Part shown: in pieces, positions 1 to 10,982 of the stretch
How positions within the stretch are numbered: position 1 is the stretch's first letter
Layout of the letters: each line of letters begins with the position of its first letter
DNA from: Eubacteriales bacterium
GTDB lineage: Bacteria > Bacillota > Clostridia > Oscillospirales > QAKW01
Direction: 5' to 3'
Assembly (NCBI GenBank): GCA_045545315.1
Contig: JAZQAR010000040.1
Location: 8,027-72,026 of the forward strand
DNA length: 64,000 bases
Position numbers and translations under genes: made by a program
Notes under the pieces: generated by a model
Seen by the model: only the letters and a program-made list of their open reading frames with translations
Told to the model about the DNA's origin: nothing
Databases searched by the model: none

Positions 1-174
1 GGGGAACAGTTCCCCTTTTTGGACGGTGCCGTCTTCCCAACGGAACACCACGCGGATCAGCTGAATGCAGGCAGTCTCCTCCCGCAGGATCATCTTAAAA
101 AAGAGCGGTTCCCCCGCTCTTACCGCCCCAAAGGGCTTTTTATATTCTGTTTTTCGGCTATCAAAAATAATCAT
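1..174 (-). CDS. 5' end (58 codons, runs off the window) of a probable GH13 alpha-glycosidase/amylase-family protein
   Basis: Absent from the ORF track because it is under 60 aa. A reverse-strand ATG at 174..172 opens MIIFDSRKTEYKKPFGAVRAGEPLFFKMILREETACIQLIRVVFRWEDGTVQKGELFP and the frame stays open to position 1. It resembles the N-termini of Firmicute GH13 enzymes and lies divergent from the glycogen operon. The family call is from memory, not a search. Confidence 0.4.
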   Translation of the reverse strand, partial: MIIFDSRKTEYKKPFGAVRAGEPLFFKMILREETACIQLIRVVFRWEDGTVQKGELFP

Positions 175-421
175 AGTAATAGATTAGGCTTTTTTGCTCC
201 TTTTGTCAAGGGGGAATTTCGGTGTTCTTTGGTAAAAATGCTAATTTTATAATTTCACCACTCATTATTTTAGTCATTCTATACAAAAAATAAGGTGGTA
301 ATTTATGCAAATAATGGATTTTTGGCTTTTTACAAATTTCACCGCACTTTTTAATGCAAAATGAGTTATAATATATAATATGAAAAAATGCGATCCTATG
401 CGAAAGGAGTGGTATTAAAAA

Positions 422-2314
422 ATGGATCAGTTTGTATTCCCAAAGGATCTGTTTTTCACCGGTGTGAACTACCGGGCCCATCGGTACTTTGGCTGCCATC
501 TGCAAACGGACGGCACCCGGGTCTTCCGGCTATGGGCTCCCCATGCGCAATGGGTCTCTTTGGTGGGGGATTTTTGCGGTTGGAATACCGGCGCCTTCCC
601 CTTGCAAAAGACCGATGACCGGGGGGTATGGGAGATCACCCTGGGGGGCTTGGATACCTACGACACCTATAAATTCGCCATCGGCACCGCCGACGGTCGC
701 ACCCTTTTTAAGGCGGATCCCTACGCCAACCACTTTGCCCTGCGGCCGGACACCGCCTCCAAGATCTTTGACATTGAGGGCTATGAATGGGGTGATAAGG
801 CCTGGATGAAGGCCCGGGCCAAAAAGGATTACGCCAACAGGCCCATGAGCATCTACGAGGTACAGTTAGGCTCCTGGCTCCAATATGAGGACGGTAACTT
901 CTATTCCTATTCTGCCCTGGCAGACCGACTTTTAGACTACGTTTGTGAAATGGGCTACACCCATATCGAACTGATGCCCGTGACCGAATATCCCTTTGAT
1001 AAATCCTGGGGCTACCAGGTGATGGGCTATTTTGCCCCCACCTCCCGCTACGGCACCCCCTTTGATCTGATGAAGCTGATCGATACCGCCCACCAACGGG
1101 GGATCGGGGTTTTGCTGGATTGGGTACCCGCTCACTTCCCCCGGGATGCGGCGGGGCTGTTTGAATTCGACGGGGAATGCTGCTATGAATACCAGGATCC
1201 CCTGATGCGGGATCACCCGGATTGGGGCACCCGAATCTTTGACTACGGCCGGCCGGAGGTGCGGAGCTTTTTGATCTCCAGCGCCTGCCATTGGCTGGAA
1301 AACTACCACGTGGACGGCCTGCGGGTGGATGCGGTAGCCTCCATGCTCTACCTGGATTACGGCAAGCAGGAGGGTCAATGGCGCCCCAATATCTACGGTG
1401 ATCGGGGCAACCTGGAAGCCATCGACCTTTTTAAGAAGCTGAATTACGAGGTTCACGCCTCCTTCCCCGGTGCCATCACCGTGGCAGAGGAATCCACCGC
1501 CTGGCCCCACGTGACCGGCACAGAGGATAATGGCCTGGGCTTTGACTTTAAGTGGAATATGGGCTGGATGAACGATTCCTTGAAATATATCTCCAACCCA
1601 CCCCTCTTCCGCCACGGAATGCAAGGAATGATGACCTTTTCTATGGAGTATATCTACTCCGAGCAGTTCATTCTACCCCTCTCCCACGACGAGGTGGTTC
1701 ACGGCAAATGTTCCCTTTTGAGCAAGATGCCCGGCACCTATGAGGAAAAGTTCCAGAACCTGAAGGCCTTTTACGGCTTTATGATGGGGCACCCGGGCAA
1801 AAAGCTTTTGTTCATGGGGGGCGAATTCGGGCAGTTCATCGAGTGGAACGAGGAGCAGAGCCTGGATTGGATGCTCCTGGACTATACCCCCCACCAACAG
1901 CTGCAGAGCTACGTGCGGGAACTGAACCGCTTTTATCAACGGCACCCCGCCCTTTGGGCAAAGGACACCGGCTGGGAGGGCTTTGAATGGATCTCTCTGG
2001 ACGACACCACCAACTGTGTGCTGGCCTTTTTGCGTAAGTGCGAAAAGGAGGAGATCCTGGTGGTTGTGAATTTTTCGGAATACGACATCATAGATTATAA
2101 ACTGGGGCTCCCCGAAGCAGGCACCTTGAACCTGCTGCTGAGTTCCGAGGAGGAGCGGTTCGGCGGTGAAAACCGCTTTAAGAAACGGCTGACCGTTTCG
2201 GCGGGCAAGCCCTTCCACGGGCATCCCTGCTCCGCCATCCTGCATCTGCCGCCGTTTTCGGCAAACTACTTTAAATATCGCAAAAATTCAGGAGGAAAAG
2301 ACCATGAAAAATAA
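422..2314 (+). CDS. glgB: 1,4-alpha-glucan branching enzyme
   Basis: A 630-aa ORF with GH13 catalytic motifs ([49 protein letters not shown]). It is the first gene of the glg operon. Confidence 0.95.
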   Translation: MDQFVFPKDLFFTGVNYRAHRYFGCHLQTDGTRVFRLWAPHAQWVSLVGDFCGWNTGAFPLQKTDDRGVWEITLGGLDTYDTYKFAIGTADGRTLFKADPYANHFALRPDTASKIFDIEGYEWGDKAWMKARAKKDYANRPMSIYEVQLGSWLQYEDGNFYSYSALADRLLDYVCEMGYTHIELMPVTEYPFDKSWGYQVMGYFAPTSRYGTPFDLMKLIDTAHQRGIGVLLDWVPAHFPRDAAGLFEFDGECCYEYQDPLMRDHPDWGTRIFDYGRPEVRSFLISSACHWLENYHVDGLRVDAVASMLYLDYGKQEGQWRPNIYGDRGNLEAIDLFKKLNYEVHASFPGAITVAEESTAWPHVTGTEDNGLGFDFKWNMGWMNDSLKYISNPPLFRHGMQGMMTFSMEYIYSEQFILPLSHDEVVHGKCSLLSKMPGTYEEKFQNLKAFYGFMMGHPGKKLLFMGGEFGQFIEWNEEQSLDWMLLDYTPHQQLQSYVRELNRFYQRHPALWAKDTGWEGFEWISLDDTTNCVLAFLRKCEKEEILVVVNFSEYDIIDYKLGLPEAGTLNLLLSSEEERFGGENRFKKRLTVSAGKPFHGHPCSAILHLPPFSANYFKYRKNSGGKDHEK

Positions 2315-3527
2315 AGAAATGATCGCAATGTTGCTGGCCGGCGGTCAGGGCAGCCGTCTTTACGTGCTGACCCAGGAGACTGCAAAGCCTGCCATCCCCT
2401 TTGGCGGTAAGTACCGCATTATCGACTTTCCCCTTTCCAACTGCACCAACTCCGGCATCGATACCGTGGGTGTTCTGACCCAGTATCGTCCCCTTGAGCT
2501 ACACTCCTACATAGGCAACGGACAGCCCTGGGATCTGAATCGGATGGAAGGCGGCGTAAGCATTCTTCCTCCCTACGTAAGCGGCGCCACCGGCGAATGG
2601 TACAAGGGCACCGCCAACGCCATTTATCAGAACATCGAATTCATTGAAAAATACGACCCGGAATACGTTCTGATCCTTTCCGGTGACCACGTTTACAAAA
2701 TGGATTACAGCCAGATGCTGGATTTCCACAAGGAAAAGAACGCCGACGTTACCGTTGCCACCCTGCAGGTGCCCATCGAGGAGGCCAGCCGGTTCGGGAT
2801 CGTGAACGCCGACGATAACGACTGCATCTATGAATTTGAAGAGAAGCCCCCGGAGCCCAAGTCCAACCGGGCAACCATGGGTATTTACATCTTTACCTGG
2901 ACCAAGCTGCGCAAGTACCTGATCGACGACGAAAAGGATCCCGCCAGCTCCAACGACTTTGGGAAGAACGTATTGCCCGCTATGCTGAATGCAGGTGAGC
3001 GGATGTTTGCCTGGCCCTTCGACGGTTACTGGAAGGACGTTGGCACCATCGAAAGCCTTTGGGAAGCCAATATGGATCTTTTGAACCCCCGCATCCCCCT
3101 GAACCTGGCGGATCCCGATTGGAAGATCTATGCCCGCCACGGTCAGAACCTGAAGCCCCAATACATCGGCAAGGGCGTGACCCTGAAGGATTCTATGATC
3201 ACCGAAAACTGCTCCCTGGAGGGCTGCAGCCTTTGGTACAGCGTTTTGTTCTCCGGCGTAGAAGTGGATAAGGGCACTAACCTGAACTCCGCCGTGGTGA
3301 TGGAAAACGCAAAGATCGGCAAAAACTGCAACGTGAAATATGCCATTATCGCCCCCGGTGCCGTCATCGAAGACGGGGCTGTCATCGGCGCAGAACCCGA
3401 AAATTACGACGGCGAATGGGGCATTGCGGTGGTTGGCTCCGGTGCGGTGGTCAAGGCCGGTCAAACCGTTCTGCCGAAGGAAATGATCAAACCGAATGCT
3501 GTAAAAGACGGCACAAAGGAGGCATAA
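2304..3527 (+). CDS. glgC: glucose-1-phosphate adenylyltransferase, catalytic subunit
   Basis: A 407-aa ORF with [42 protein letters not shown] and a C-terminal left-handed beta-helix. It overlaps the glgB stop by 11 nt. Confidence 0.95.
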   Translation: MKNKEMIAMLLAGGQGSRLYVLTQETAKPAIPFGGKYRIIDFPLSNCTNSGIDTVGVLTQYRPLELHSYIGNGQPWDLNRMEGGVSILPPYVSGATGEWYKGTANAIYQNIEFIEKYDPEYVLILSGDHVYKMDYSQMLDFHKEKNADVTVATLQVPIEEASRFGIVNADDNDCIYEFEEKPPEPKSNRATMGIYIFTWTKLRKYLIDDEKDPASSNDFGKNVLPAMLNAGERMFAWPFDGYWKDVGTIESLWEANMDLLNPRIPLNLADPDWKIYARHGQNLKPQYIGKGVTLKDSMITENCSLEGCSLWYSVLFSGVEVDKGTNLNSAVVMENAKIGKNCNVKYAIIAPGAVIEDGAVIGAEPENYDGEWGIAVVGSGAVVKAGQTVLPKEMIKPNAVKDGTKEA

Positions 3528-3530
3528 ACC

Positions 3531-4646
3531 ATGAACGCTTTGGGTATTATTTTTTCTGAACACTATAATCAACAAAACACTGCCAACGAGCTGACCCGAC
3601 TGCGGGCGCCCGCCGGTCTGCCCTTTGCCGGGCGGTACCGTGCCATCGACTTTACCCTTTCGGCTATGGTAAACGCCAATATCACCGATATCGGCATTAT
3701 TGCCGCCCAGAACTACGGTTCTATGATCGACCATCTGGGCAACGGGGAGGATTGGGATCTGAACCGCCGCAGAGGCGGGCTGATGATGCTGACTCCCATG
3801 GCCTGGCCCGGTGCGGAAAAGGCCCATTATCGGGGTCGCTTGGATGCCCTCAGAGCTTTCCGCACCTACGTGGAGGAAAGCAAGGCTGAGCTGGTGGTGC
3901 TGGCCTACGGCGGCACCGTAGCCAGCGTAGACCTGGAGGCGATGGCCAAGGCCCACAAGAAAAACGGTGCTTACCTGACCGTTGCCTACAGCAACATCCC
4001 CGGTAACGTGGGGGAGGCCATCCTGGAGACCGCCGAGGACGGCCGGATCACCAAGCTATCCTATCAGCTGAACGAGGATGAATCCACCAAGCCCTATTCC
4101 CTGGGTCTCTTTATGATGAACCGAGCCGACCTGGCAGAATTCCTGCTGGAGGCCGAAAACAACGACTACACCAATATGAACCGGGATCTGATCCAGCAGC
4201 ATTTAGAGGATCAACTGATCTACGGTTATCACCACACCGGCTATGCCCGGATCATCCAAAGCACCACCGATTACTTCAAGGCCAGTATGGATATGCTGGA
4301 AAAGGATCTGAAGGCAGAGCTGTTCCCCGAAGATCGCCCGGTATATACCAAGGTCAAGGATTCCGTTCCCACCCTGTATGCCTATGACGCCCAGGTGGAA
4401 AACAGCCTGATCGCCGACGGCTGTGTGATCCGCGGCACCGTAAAAAATTCCATCATCTTCCGTGGGGTAACCGTGGAAGAGGGTGCGGTGGTAGAAAACG
4501 CCATCCTGATGCAAAAGAGCGTGGTGGAAGGCAACGCCAAGATCGATTGCGGTATCCTGGATAAAAACAGTCGCATCAACGCCGGCACCGTGCTGAAGGG
4601 TTCTGCCCAATTACCCTTCGTAGTGGGCAAAAATAAAAAAGTTTAA
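3531..4646 (+). CDS. glgD: glucose-1-phosphate adenylyltransferase, GlgD regulatory subunit
   Basis: A 371-aa GlgC paralog (LPFAGRYRAIDFTLSAMVNANI) that lacks the GGxGxRL loop. It sits immediately after glgC, as in Bacillus and Clostridia. Confidence 0.9.
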   Translation: MNALGIIFSEHYNQQNTANELTRLRAPAGLPFAGRYRAIDFTLSAMVNANITDIGIIAAQNYGSMIDHLGNGEDWDLNRRRGGLMMLTPMAWPGAEKAHYRGRLDALRAFRTYVEESKAELVVLAYGGTVASVDLEAMAKAHKKNGAYLTVAYSNIPGNVGEAILETAEDGRITKLSYQLNEDESTKPYSLGLFMMNRADLAEFLLEAENNDYTNMNRDLIQQHLEDQLIYGYHHTGYARIIQSTTDYFKASMDMLEKDLKAELFPEDRPVYTKVKDSVPTLYAYDAQVENSLIADGCVIRGTVKNSIIFRGVTVEEGAVVENAILMQKSVVEGNAKIDCGILDKNSRINAGTVLKGSAQLPFVVGKNKKV

Positions 4647-4661
4647 AAGGGGGTTCCACCC

Positions 4662-6080
4662 ATGAAAATTTTATACGTAGCCAGCGAGGCCTCCCCCTTT
4701 ATCAAGGTGGGCGGCTTAGGGGACGTGGCCGGTGCCCTGCCCAAGGCTCTTTGCCGGGCAGGGGACGATTGCCGGGTGATCATGCCCTATTACGGCTCCA
4801 TCCCCGCAGCCTTAAAGGAGCGGTGCAAGCCGGTCACCGAATTCCATTTTTACAATTCCTGGCGCAATCAACCCTGCGGGATCCTGCAGGCCGAGATCGA
4901 CGGCGTCATCTATTATCTTTTGGAGAATGATTTTTACTTTGACCGCCCCCAGGTCTACGGAGAATTTGACGACGGCGAGCGGTTCGCCTTTTTCTCCCGG
5001 GCAGTTTTAGAGGCTCTGCCCCTGATCGACTTTATCCCCGACGTACTCCATTGCAACGATTGGCACACCGCCCTGATCCCGGTGGTACTGGACGTTCAGT
5101 TCCGTTCCCGTCCGGGCTACGGCGCCATCAAAACCGTATTCACCATTCACAATATTGAGTTCCAGGGCAAATACGATCCCTATATTTTAGGGGATATCTT
5201 CGGCCTGGACGAGCAGGCCAAGCCCCTGCTCTATTACGACGGAGCCCTGAACCTGATGAAGGGTGCCATCGAATGCTCCAACCGGGTGACCACCGTTTCC
5301 AAGCGGTATGCCGAAGAAATTATGAGCCCGCCCAAATCCTGCGGGCTGGAGCATATCCTGACCGACAGAAGCTACAAGGTCAGCGGCATTGTGAACGGGA
5401 TCGATACCGACCTCTTTGATCCCGCCACCGATCCCCGGATCGCCGCCAACTATACCGTAAAGACCCTGGCGGACAAAAAGAAAAACAAGCTGGCTCTGCA
5501 AAAGGAGTTGGGATTACCGGAGACCGATGAGGTTCCCCTTTTCGGTATGGTGACCCGGCTGACCCACCAAAAGGGGCTGGAGCTGTTAAAGGACAAATTG
5601 GATTGGCTGGCCGACCAGTCGGTGCAGGTGGTCATTTTGGGCACCGGCACCCCGGAATACGAGCAGTTCCTGGCAGAATGTGCCCGGCGGCACCCCAACA
5701 ATCTGCGGGCGATCCTGGCCTTTGACGGTGCTTTGGCGCAACGGATCTACGCGGGCTGTGACTTCTTTATGATGCCCAGCAAATTCGAGCCCTGCGGTCT
5801 GGCACAGATGATCGCTATGCGCTACGGCACCCTGCCTCTGGTACACACCACCGGCGGCCTGGCCGATACGGTGATCCCCTACGATCCCACCCAAAAGACC
5901 GGGCGGGGCATCACCTTCCAGACCTTTAACAGCGAGGACTTTTCCAACGCCCTTTGGCGGTGTATCGAGCTTTATGCCGATAAACCCCATTTTGACCAAG
6001 CCTGCAAAAACGCCATGGAAGGCGACTACAGCTGGGGACCCAGCGTGGAAGCCTATCGGGCCCTTTATGCGGCACTTTAA
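4662..6080 (+). CDS. glgA: glycogen synthase (ADP-glucose type)
   Basis: A 472-aa ORF with an N-terminal KVGGLGDVAGALPKAL and a C-terminal PSKFEPCGLAQMIAMRYGTLPLVHTTGGLADTV. Confidence 0.95.
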   Translation: MKILYVASEASPFIKVGGLGDVAGALPKALCRAGDDCRVIMPYYGSIPAALKERCKPVTEFHFYNSWRNQPCGILQAEIDGVIYYLLENDFYFDRPQVYGEFDDGERFAFFSRAVLEALPLIDFIPDVLHCNDWHTALIPVVLDVQFRSRPGYGAIKTVFTIHNIEFQGKYDPYILGDIFGLDEQAKPLLYYDGALNLMKGAIECSNRVTTVSKRYAEEIMSPPKSCGLEHILTDRSYKVSGIVNGIDTDLFDPATDPRIAANYTVKTLADKKKNKLALQKELGLPETDEVPLFGMVTRLTHQKGLELLKDKLDWLADQSVQVVILGTGTPEYEQFLAECARRHPNNLRAILAFDGALAQRIYAGCDFFMMPSKFEPCGLAQMIAMRYGTLPLVHTTGGLADTVIPYDPTQKTGRGITFQTFNSEDFSNALWRCIELYADKPHFDQACKNAMEGDYSWGPSVEAYRALYAAL

Positions 6081-6124
6081 TCTGACATCTATTTTTTAGC
6101 ACAAACCAAGGAGAACAATTACCC

Positions 6125-8524
6125 ATGACCCAACAGGAAATCAAAGAAAAGATTCAGGCAGTCATCACCGAGAAGTTTGCCTGCGACGTAGATCAGGTGA
6201 CTGATCGGCAGATGTACGAAAGCGTCATCAGCTTTGTGCAACATGAATTGCGTAAAAAGCGCCGTGATGCCAAAAAGAAAATGAAAGAACAGGAAGCCAA
6301 GCAGGTCTACTATATGTCCATGGAATTCCTTGTCGGCCGTTCCCTGAAAAACAATCTCTATAATTTAGGGATCGAAGACGAGGTTCGTTCCGCCCTGACC
6401 GAGCTGGGTGCAAACCTGGAAAAATTATACGATATGGAACCCGATGCAGGCTTGGGCAACGGCGGCTTGGGTCGCTTAGCCTCCTGCTATCTGGATTCCT
6501 TAACTGCCTGTGATTACCCCGCCACCGGCTTTTCCATCCGCTACGAATTCGGCATCTTCAAGCAAGTGATCGTGGACGGCTGGCAGATGGAGTTCCCGGA
6601 TAACTGGTTAGAAATGGGCGGCGGCTGGCTGGTCGCCCGCCCCGACGAAGCCCAGGAGATCCATTTTGACGGCCAGGTGGAGGAGCTTTGGAGCAACGAG
6701 GGTCTGAAGACCGTTCATAAGGATTATTACAAGGTATTGGCCGTCCCCTACGACCTGATGATCAGCGGTCACGATTCCAAGATCGTGAATAAGCTGCGGC
6801 TGTGGGGTGCCAAGAGCCTGGAAAACTTTGATATGTCCCTGTTCTCCCGGGGCGAATACCTGAAGAGCTGCGAGGGCGACGCCAAGGCCGAGGCCATCAG
6901 CCGGGTGCTCTACCCCGCCGATGACCACGAGGAGGGCAAAAACCTGCGGCTGCGCCAGCAATACTTCTTTGTCAGCGCATCCCTGCAAAATATCCTGGCA
7001 GAGCATCTGAAAAAATACGGCACCCTGGATAACCTGCCCGATAAGGTGGTCATCCACATCAACGATACCCACCCCGCCCTTTGCGTGCCCGAGCTGATGC
7101 GTCTTTTGATGGACGATCACGGCTACTCCTGGGATGCCGCCTGGGATATCACCTGCCGTACCCTGGCCTACACCAACCACACCGTTATGAGCGAAGCCCT
7201 GGAAAAATGGTCTATCCATCTCTTCAGCGGCCGCCTGCCCCGGATCTATACCATTGTGAAGGAGATCAACCGCCGCTTCTGCGAAAAGATCTACAACGAG
7301 CATCCCGAAAAGCGGGGTGTGATCGACCGGATGGCGGTGATCGGCGACGGAATGGTGCGGATGGCCAATCTGTGTGTAGCCTGCTGCTACAGCGTTAACG
7401 GCGTTTCCGCCCTGCACAGCGAGATCCTGAAGGATGATCTTTTTAAGGATTATCACGATATCTTCCCCGGCAAGCTGACCAACGTGACCAACGGTATCGT
7501 TCACCGCCGCTGGCTTTGCCAGAGCAACCCCGGTCTCACCGAGCTGCTGAAAGAGCTGATCGGCGACGGCTTTATCAATAACGGTGCCGAGCTGGAAAAG
7601 CTGTTGGCCTTTAAGGACGATGAATCCGTTCTCAAACGCCTGCCGGAGATCAAACGGCAAAACAAACTGCGGCTGGCCAAATATATCGAGCATTCTGCCG
7701 GGATCAAGGTGAACCCGAATTCCATTTTCGACGTGCAAGCCAAGCGGCTCCACGAGTATAAACGCCAATTGCTCTGCGCACTGCATATTTACGACCTTTA
7801 TCGCCGGATCAAATATGAAGGCTTAACCATTCAGCCCCATACCTTTATTTTCGGTGCCAAAGCCTCTGCCGGCTATATTATGGCAAAAGAGATCATCCGC
7901 TTTATCTGCGCCCTGGGGGATATGATCAATAACGATCCCGCCATCCACGATATGCTGAAAGTGGTGTTCCTGGCAGACTACAAGGTCAGCATCGCCGAAA
8001 TTCTGATGCCCGCTGCCGAAGTCAGCGAGCAGATCTCCCTGGCCGGCAAAGAAGCCAGCGGTACCGGAAATATGAAGTTTATGATCAACGGCGCCCTCAC
8101 CATCGGTACCCTGGACGGCGCCAACGTGGAGATCCACCAGCAGGTGGGGGATGAGAATATGTTCCTCTTCGGCCTCACTACTCCTGAAGTGAACGCCTGG
8201 AAACGGGATGGCTACCACCCGGATCAGCTTTACCGCAACGATCTCCATATGCGGGAACTCTTGGATTCCATCCTCAAAGAAGGAATCGGCGGCAAGAACT
8301 TTGAATCCATCGTCCGTTACCTGATCGGGCCCGATCCCTATATGGTGCTGGCCGATTTCAACGCCTATAAGGGTGCCCAGGCCAAGATTAATGAACTTTA
8401 CGGCGATACCCTGCGCTGGAACGGAATGAGCCTGGTGAACATCGCCAAGGCCGGCATCTTCGCCAGTGACCGGGCGGTCACCGAATACGCCGAGAACATC
8501 TGGAATCTGAAACCTATTGAATAA
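6125..8524 (+). CDS. glgP: glycogen/maltodextrin phosphorylase
   Basis: A 799-aa ORF with the PLP-lysine region EASGTGNMKFMINGALTIGTLDGANVEI and the LGNGGLGRLASCYLDS motif. Confidence 0.95.
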   Translation: MTQQEIKEKIQAVITEKFACDVDQVTDRQMYESVISFVQHELRKKRRDAKKKMKEQEAKQVYYMSMEFLVGRSLKNNLYNLGIEDEVRSALTELGANLEKLYDMEPDAGLGNGGLGRLASCYLDSLTACDYPATGFSIRYEFGIFKQVIVDGWQMEFPDNWLEMGGGWLVARPDEAQEIHFDGQVEELWSNEGLKTVHKDYYKVLAVPYDLMISGHDSKIVNKLRLWGAKSLENFDMSLFSRGEYLKSCEGDAKAEAISRVLYPADDHEEGKNLRLRQQYFFVSASLQNILAEHLKKYGTLDNLPDKVVIHINDTHPALCVPELMRLLMDDHGYSWDAAWDITCRTLAYTNHTVMSEALEKWSIHLFSGRLPRIYTIVKEINRRFCEKIYNEHPEKRGVIDRMAVIGDGMVRMANLCVACCYSVNGVSALHSEILKDDLFKDYHDIFPGKLTNVTNGIVHRRWLCQSNPGLTELLKELIGDGFINNGAELEKLLAFKDDESVLKRLPEIKRQNKLRLAKYIEHSAGIKVNPNSIFDVQAKRLHEYKRQLLCALHIYDLYRRIKYEGLTIQPHTFIFGAKASAGYIMAKEIIRFICALGDMINNDPAIHDMLKVVFLADYKVSIAEILMPAAEVSEQISLAGKEASGTGNMKFMINGALTIGTLDGANVEIHQQVGDENMFLFGLTTPEVNAWKRDGYHPDQLYRNDLHMRELLDSILKEGIGGKNFESIVRYLIGPDPYMVLADFNAYKGAQAKINELYGDTLRWNGMSLVNIAKAGIFASDRAVTEYAENIWNLKPIE

Positions 8525-8580
8525 TTGGGGCGTCGCCCCAAACCCCACAAAAGGCCCTTTTTGAAAAAAGGGCCTTTTGA
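8525..8580 (+). terminator. two consecutive hairpins terminating the glg operon
   Basis: The first hairpin is ttggggc-gtc-gccccaa (8525-8541). The second is aaaaggccc-ttttt..aaaaa-gggcctttt (8549-8578) and ends in a T-run. Confidence 0.7.
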
Positions 8581-8630
8581 ATTCCCCAAAAACTTTCCTT
8601 TTAATAAATTGTGAATTCAGCGGGGTTTTA

Positions 8631-8659
8631 TTGATTTGTGGGAACCGTTGTGATAAAAT
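8631..8659 (+). promoter_or_regulatory. SigA-type promoter for the CPBP/cyclophilin genes
   Basis: TTGATT (8631-8636), a 17-nt spacer, then TAAAAT (8654-8659) preceded by TGa (extended -10). Confidence 0.5.
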
Positions 8660-8689
8660 AAAAGCAGAATAACGGAAAGGACCGATACG

Positions 8690-9712
8690 ATGGATCAACA
8701 ACCCTTGCAAAATCAAGCCTATTATAATCCATACTATATGGCCGCCCAGATCCGCAAGCAGGAGGATCGGCTGGAGCGCCGCATTCTCTCCCGCATTGGG
8801 ATGGCGCTGTTTATTTATCTGCTGTTTGTGAACCTGTTACAAACTGCTCTGATGTGGGGCGGCACCACCTTCTTCCCCACCCTGGTGGAGGCCGAGTGGT
8901 TCCAATGGATCCTGCAGATCGTTCCCGGCTATCTTTTAGGGGTTCCCCTGGTAGCCCTTTTGCTGGCCGGCCTCCCAAAGGAAAAGCCGGAGAAAAAGAA
9001 GCTGGGCGCTTCCGGCTGGGTGGGATTTTTAGCGATCTCCTTTTTCCTGACCACCGCAGGTAGCTTGATCTCCAACCTACTGATCACCAAGCTGGAAGAG
9101 CTCAAGGGAGCCGAGGTTTCGGATATGGTCTCCCAGCAGATCACCGAGTTTTCACCCCTGACCACCCTTTTGGTGGTGGTGATCGCCGCACCGATCTTCG
9201 AGGAACTGATGTTCCGCAAGCTATTGATCGATCGGCTTTTGCCCTACAGCGAATTTTTCGCCATTCTGACCGGCGGGCTTTTGTTCGGGCTGGTACATGG
9301 GAATTTTTATCAATTCTTTTACGCCACTATGGTGGGGCTGCTGTTCAGCTTTATCTACGTGCGCACCGGCCGGATCGGCTACACCATTTTGATGCATATC
9401 ATCATCAACTTTACCGGCTCCATCATAGCGCCCTTCATCGGCGAACATCTGGCGGAGAACGGCTCCATCGGTTCTATTGGCTCCATCGATCTTTGGGGGA
9501 TGGTGACCGGCGTCTATACCACCGCCATGTACGTACTGGCGATCTGCGGCGGGATCCTGCTACTCTTTGGGATCAAAAAAATGAAGGCCTCTACCCAGGG
9601 AAGCCGAGGGCTGGCCTTGGGTCGGCAGTTCCGGTTGGGCTGGCTGAACGTTGGAATGCTGTTGACCGGCGGATTTTGTTTGATTAGTTTTATTATAAGC
9701 ATTTTAATTTAG
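8690..9712 (+). CDS. CPBP-family intramembrane glutamic endopeptidase (CAAX protease-like)
   Basis: A 340-aa polytopic membrane protein carrying the family motifs FEELMFRKLL (EExxxR), FGLVHG and HIIINF. Confidence 0.8.
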   Translation: MDQQPLQNQAYYNPYYMAAQIRKQEDRLERRILSRIGMALFIYLLFVNLLQTALMWGGTTFFPTLVEAEWFQWILQIVPGYLLGVPLVALLLAGLPKEKPEKKKLGASGWVGFLAISFFLTTAGSLISNLLITKLEELKGAEVSDMVSQQITEFSPLTTLLVVVIAAPIFEELMFRKLLIDRLLPYSEFFAILTGGLLFGLVHGNFYQFFYATMVGLLFSFIYVRTGRIGYTILMHIIINFTGSIIAPFIGEHLAENGSIGSIGSIDLWGMVTGVYTTAMYVLAICGGILLLFGIKKMKASTQGSRGLALGRQFRLGWLNVGMLLTGGFCLISFIISILI

Positions 9713-9725
9713 GAGGAAAAACAAC

Positions 9726-10196
9726 ATGGTAACTTTAACAATGAAAGATGGCGGCGTGATTAAACTGGAACTTTATGCCGATAAAGCCCCCAAGACCGTT
9801 GCCAATTTTGAAAAACTGGTGAAGGAAGGCTTTTATAACGGCCTGACCTTCCATCGGATTATCAGCGGCTTTATGATCCAGGGCGGCGATCCCCTGGGCA
9901 ACGGAATGGGCGGCAGCGATGAGAACATCCCCGGCGAATTCGCCGCCAACGGTTTCGATAACCCCATCCGCCACGAGCGGGGTGTCATCTCTATGGCCCG
10001 GGCCCAGGATCCCAACTCTGCCAGCAGCCAATTCTTTATTATGCACGCCGACGGATTTTTCCTGGACGGCAATTATGCCGCCTTCGGCAAGGTGGTAGAA
10101 GGTCTGGACGTGGTAGACCGCATCGCTGCCGTGGAAACCAACTTTATGGACGCTCCCCTGGAGCCCCAGGTGATCGATACCATTACCATCGACTAA
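9726..10196 (+). CDS. ppiB: peptidyl-prolyl cis-trans isomerase, cyclophilin type
   Basis: A 156-aa ORF with FHRIISGFMIQGGDP, GVISMARAQDPNSASSQFFI and the GKVVEGLDVVD motif. Confidence 0.92.
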   Translation: MVTLTMKDGGVIKLELYADKAPKTVANFEKLVKEGFYNGLTFHRIISGFMIQGGDPLGNGMGGSDENIPGEFAANGFDNPIRHERGVISMARAQDPNSASSQFFIMHADGFFLDGNYAAFGKVVEGLDVVDRIAAVETNFMDAPLEPQVIDTITID

Positions 10197-10203
10197 ATAG
10201 TGC

Positions 10204-10243
10204 AAAACCGTTATGAACCAAGGTTCATAACGGTTTTATTTTT
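10204..10243. terminator. bidirectional hairpin between ppiB and the SLOG gene
   Basis: aaaaccgttatgaacc / ggttcataacggtttt form a 16-bp inverted repeat, followed by a T-run. The right arm also encodes the last codons (MNLGS*) of the minus-strand SLOG gene. Confidence 0.7.
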
Positions 10244-10639
10244 GCGAATCGCCATCTTCAAAAACTTGGTAGCGCCTCCAAAGGGCCTGTAGACATAACC
10301 CACTACGTAATCCGCCCGCTCCAGCATCCACCGGTTCCGGTACTCAATAGCAAAGCGAGGAAGCACCGTTTCAATACCCTCCGGAACAAAGCATTCCAAT
10401 CCTTCACTTTGCTGATTTTTGGTTGGCATATATGCCAACACTATGTAACATTCGATCGGATAATACTTTTTTAATTGTTTCAATTCATATTGTACAAGGC
10501 GATCAAAATTACCCTGATTACCCACGTAAAAACAGTTTACATTCATATTTTCAATCAAATCAATCAACGTTTCCCTCAATTCTGTTACCATTCCGTCGCC
10601 ACAATTTCGATGGCCAAAAAAAGTGCAAATCAATTCCAA
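10211..10639 (-). CDS. SLOG-superfamily protein (DUF1273 / YpsA-YoqJ-like)
   Basis: A 142-aa ORF whose N-terminal FFGHRN and overall layout are typical of DUF1273. It uses a TTG start (a second in-frame TTG at 10633 has better SD spacing). The gene is clearly more AT-rich than its neighbours. Confidence 0.65.
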   Translation of the reverse strand: MELICTFFGHRNCGDGMVTELRETLIDLIENMNVNCFYVGNQGNFDRLVQYELKQLKKYYPIECYIVLAYMPTKNQQSEGLECFVPEGIETVLPRFAIEYRNRWMLERADYVVGYVYRPFGGATKFLKMAIRKNKTVMNLGS

Positions 10640-10660
10640 GTTCCTTTACTTAAAAATTTT

Positions 10661-10686
10661 TATATGCACCTATATAAGTGCATATA
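10661..10686. promoter_or_regulatory. 9-bp inverted repeat in the SLOG/XRE divergent intergenic region (candidate operator)
   Basis: tatatgcac (10661-10669), 8 nt, gtgcatata (10678-10686). A TATAAT at 10703-10708 lies downstream, facing the XRE gene. Confidence 0.45.
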
Positions 10687-10751
10687 AATTGTAACACTCT
10701 TCTATAATTAAGTCAAACAAATTGTTCTTAAACAAGTGCAAGGTGACGTTG

Positions 10752-10982
10752 ATGAATGAAATTATAGAGAAAAGAGTAGGCAATAATATCAAAAAGCTCC
10801 GTATAGAGGCCGGATTGACCCAGGATACTGTTGCAACAAAAATGCAATTAGCCGGTTGTGATATTACCCGAAGTGCAATCGCAAAAATCGAAGTAGGCCA
10901 ACGTCATCTCTATGCTGATGAAATTATATTGCTACAAGATATTCTCCATACAACTTATGAAGAGATTCTTAACATCAAATAA
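10752..10982 (+). CDS. XRE-family helix-turn-helix transcriptional regulator
   Basis: MNEIIEKRVGNNIKKLRIEAGLTQDTVATKMQLAGCDITRSAIAKIEVGQRHL is a classic Cro/C1 HTH. The ATG at 10752 is preferred over the track's TTG at 10722. Confidence 0.85.
   Translation: MNEIIEKRVGNNIKKLRIEAGLTQDTVATKMQLAGCDITRSAIAKIEVGQRHLYADEIILLQDILHTTYEEILNIK

Noticed and set aside
2499-3956. A 485-aa antisense ORF spanning the glgC/glgD junction, plus similar ones at 6608-7786, 55794-56996, 58546-59712 and 60618-61415
   Set aside because: All of them lie opposite confidently identified genes, cross gene boundaries or lack SDs, and have arginine/glycine-rich low-complexity translations typical of GC-rich shadow frames.
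9735-10205. A 156-aa minus-strand ORF of exactly the same length as ppiB
   Set aside because: It is a full-length mirror of the cyclophilin gene. Cyclophilin motifs are unambiguous on the plus strand, while the antisense product has none. The equal length is a coincidence of codon bias.
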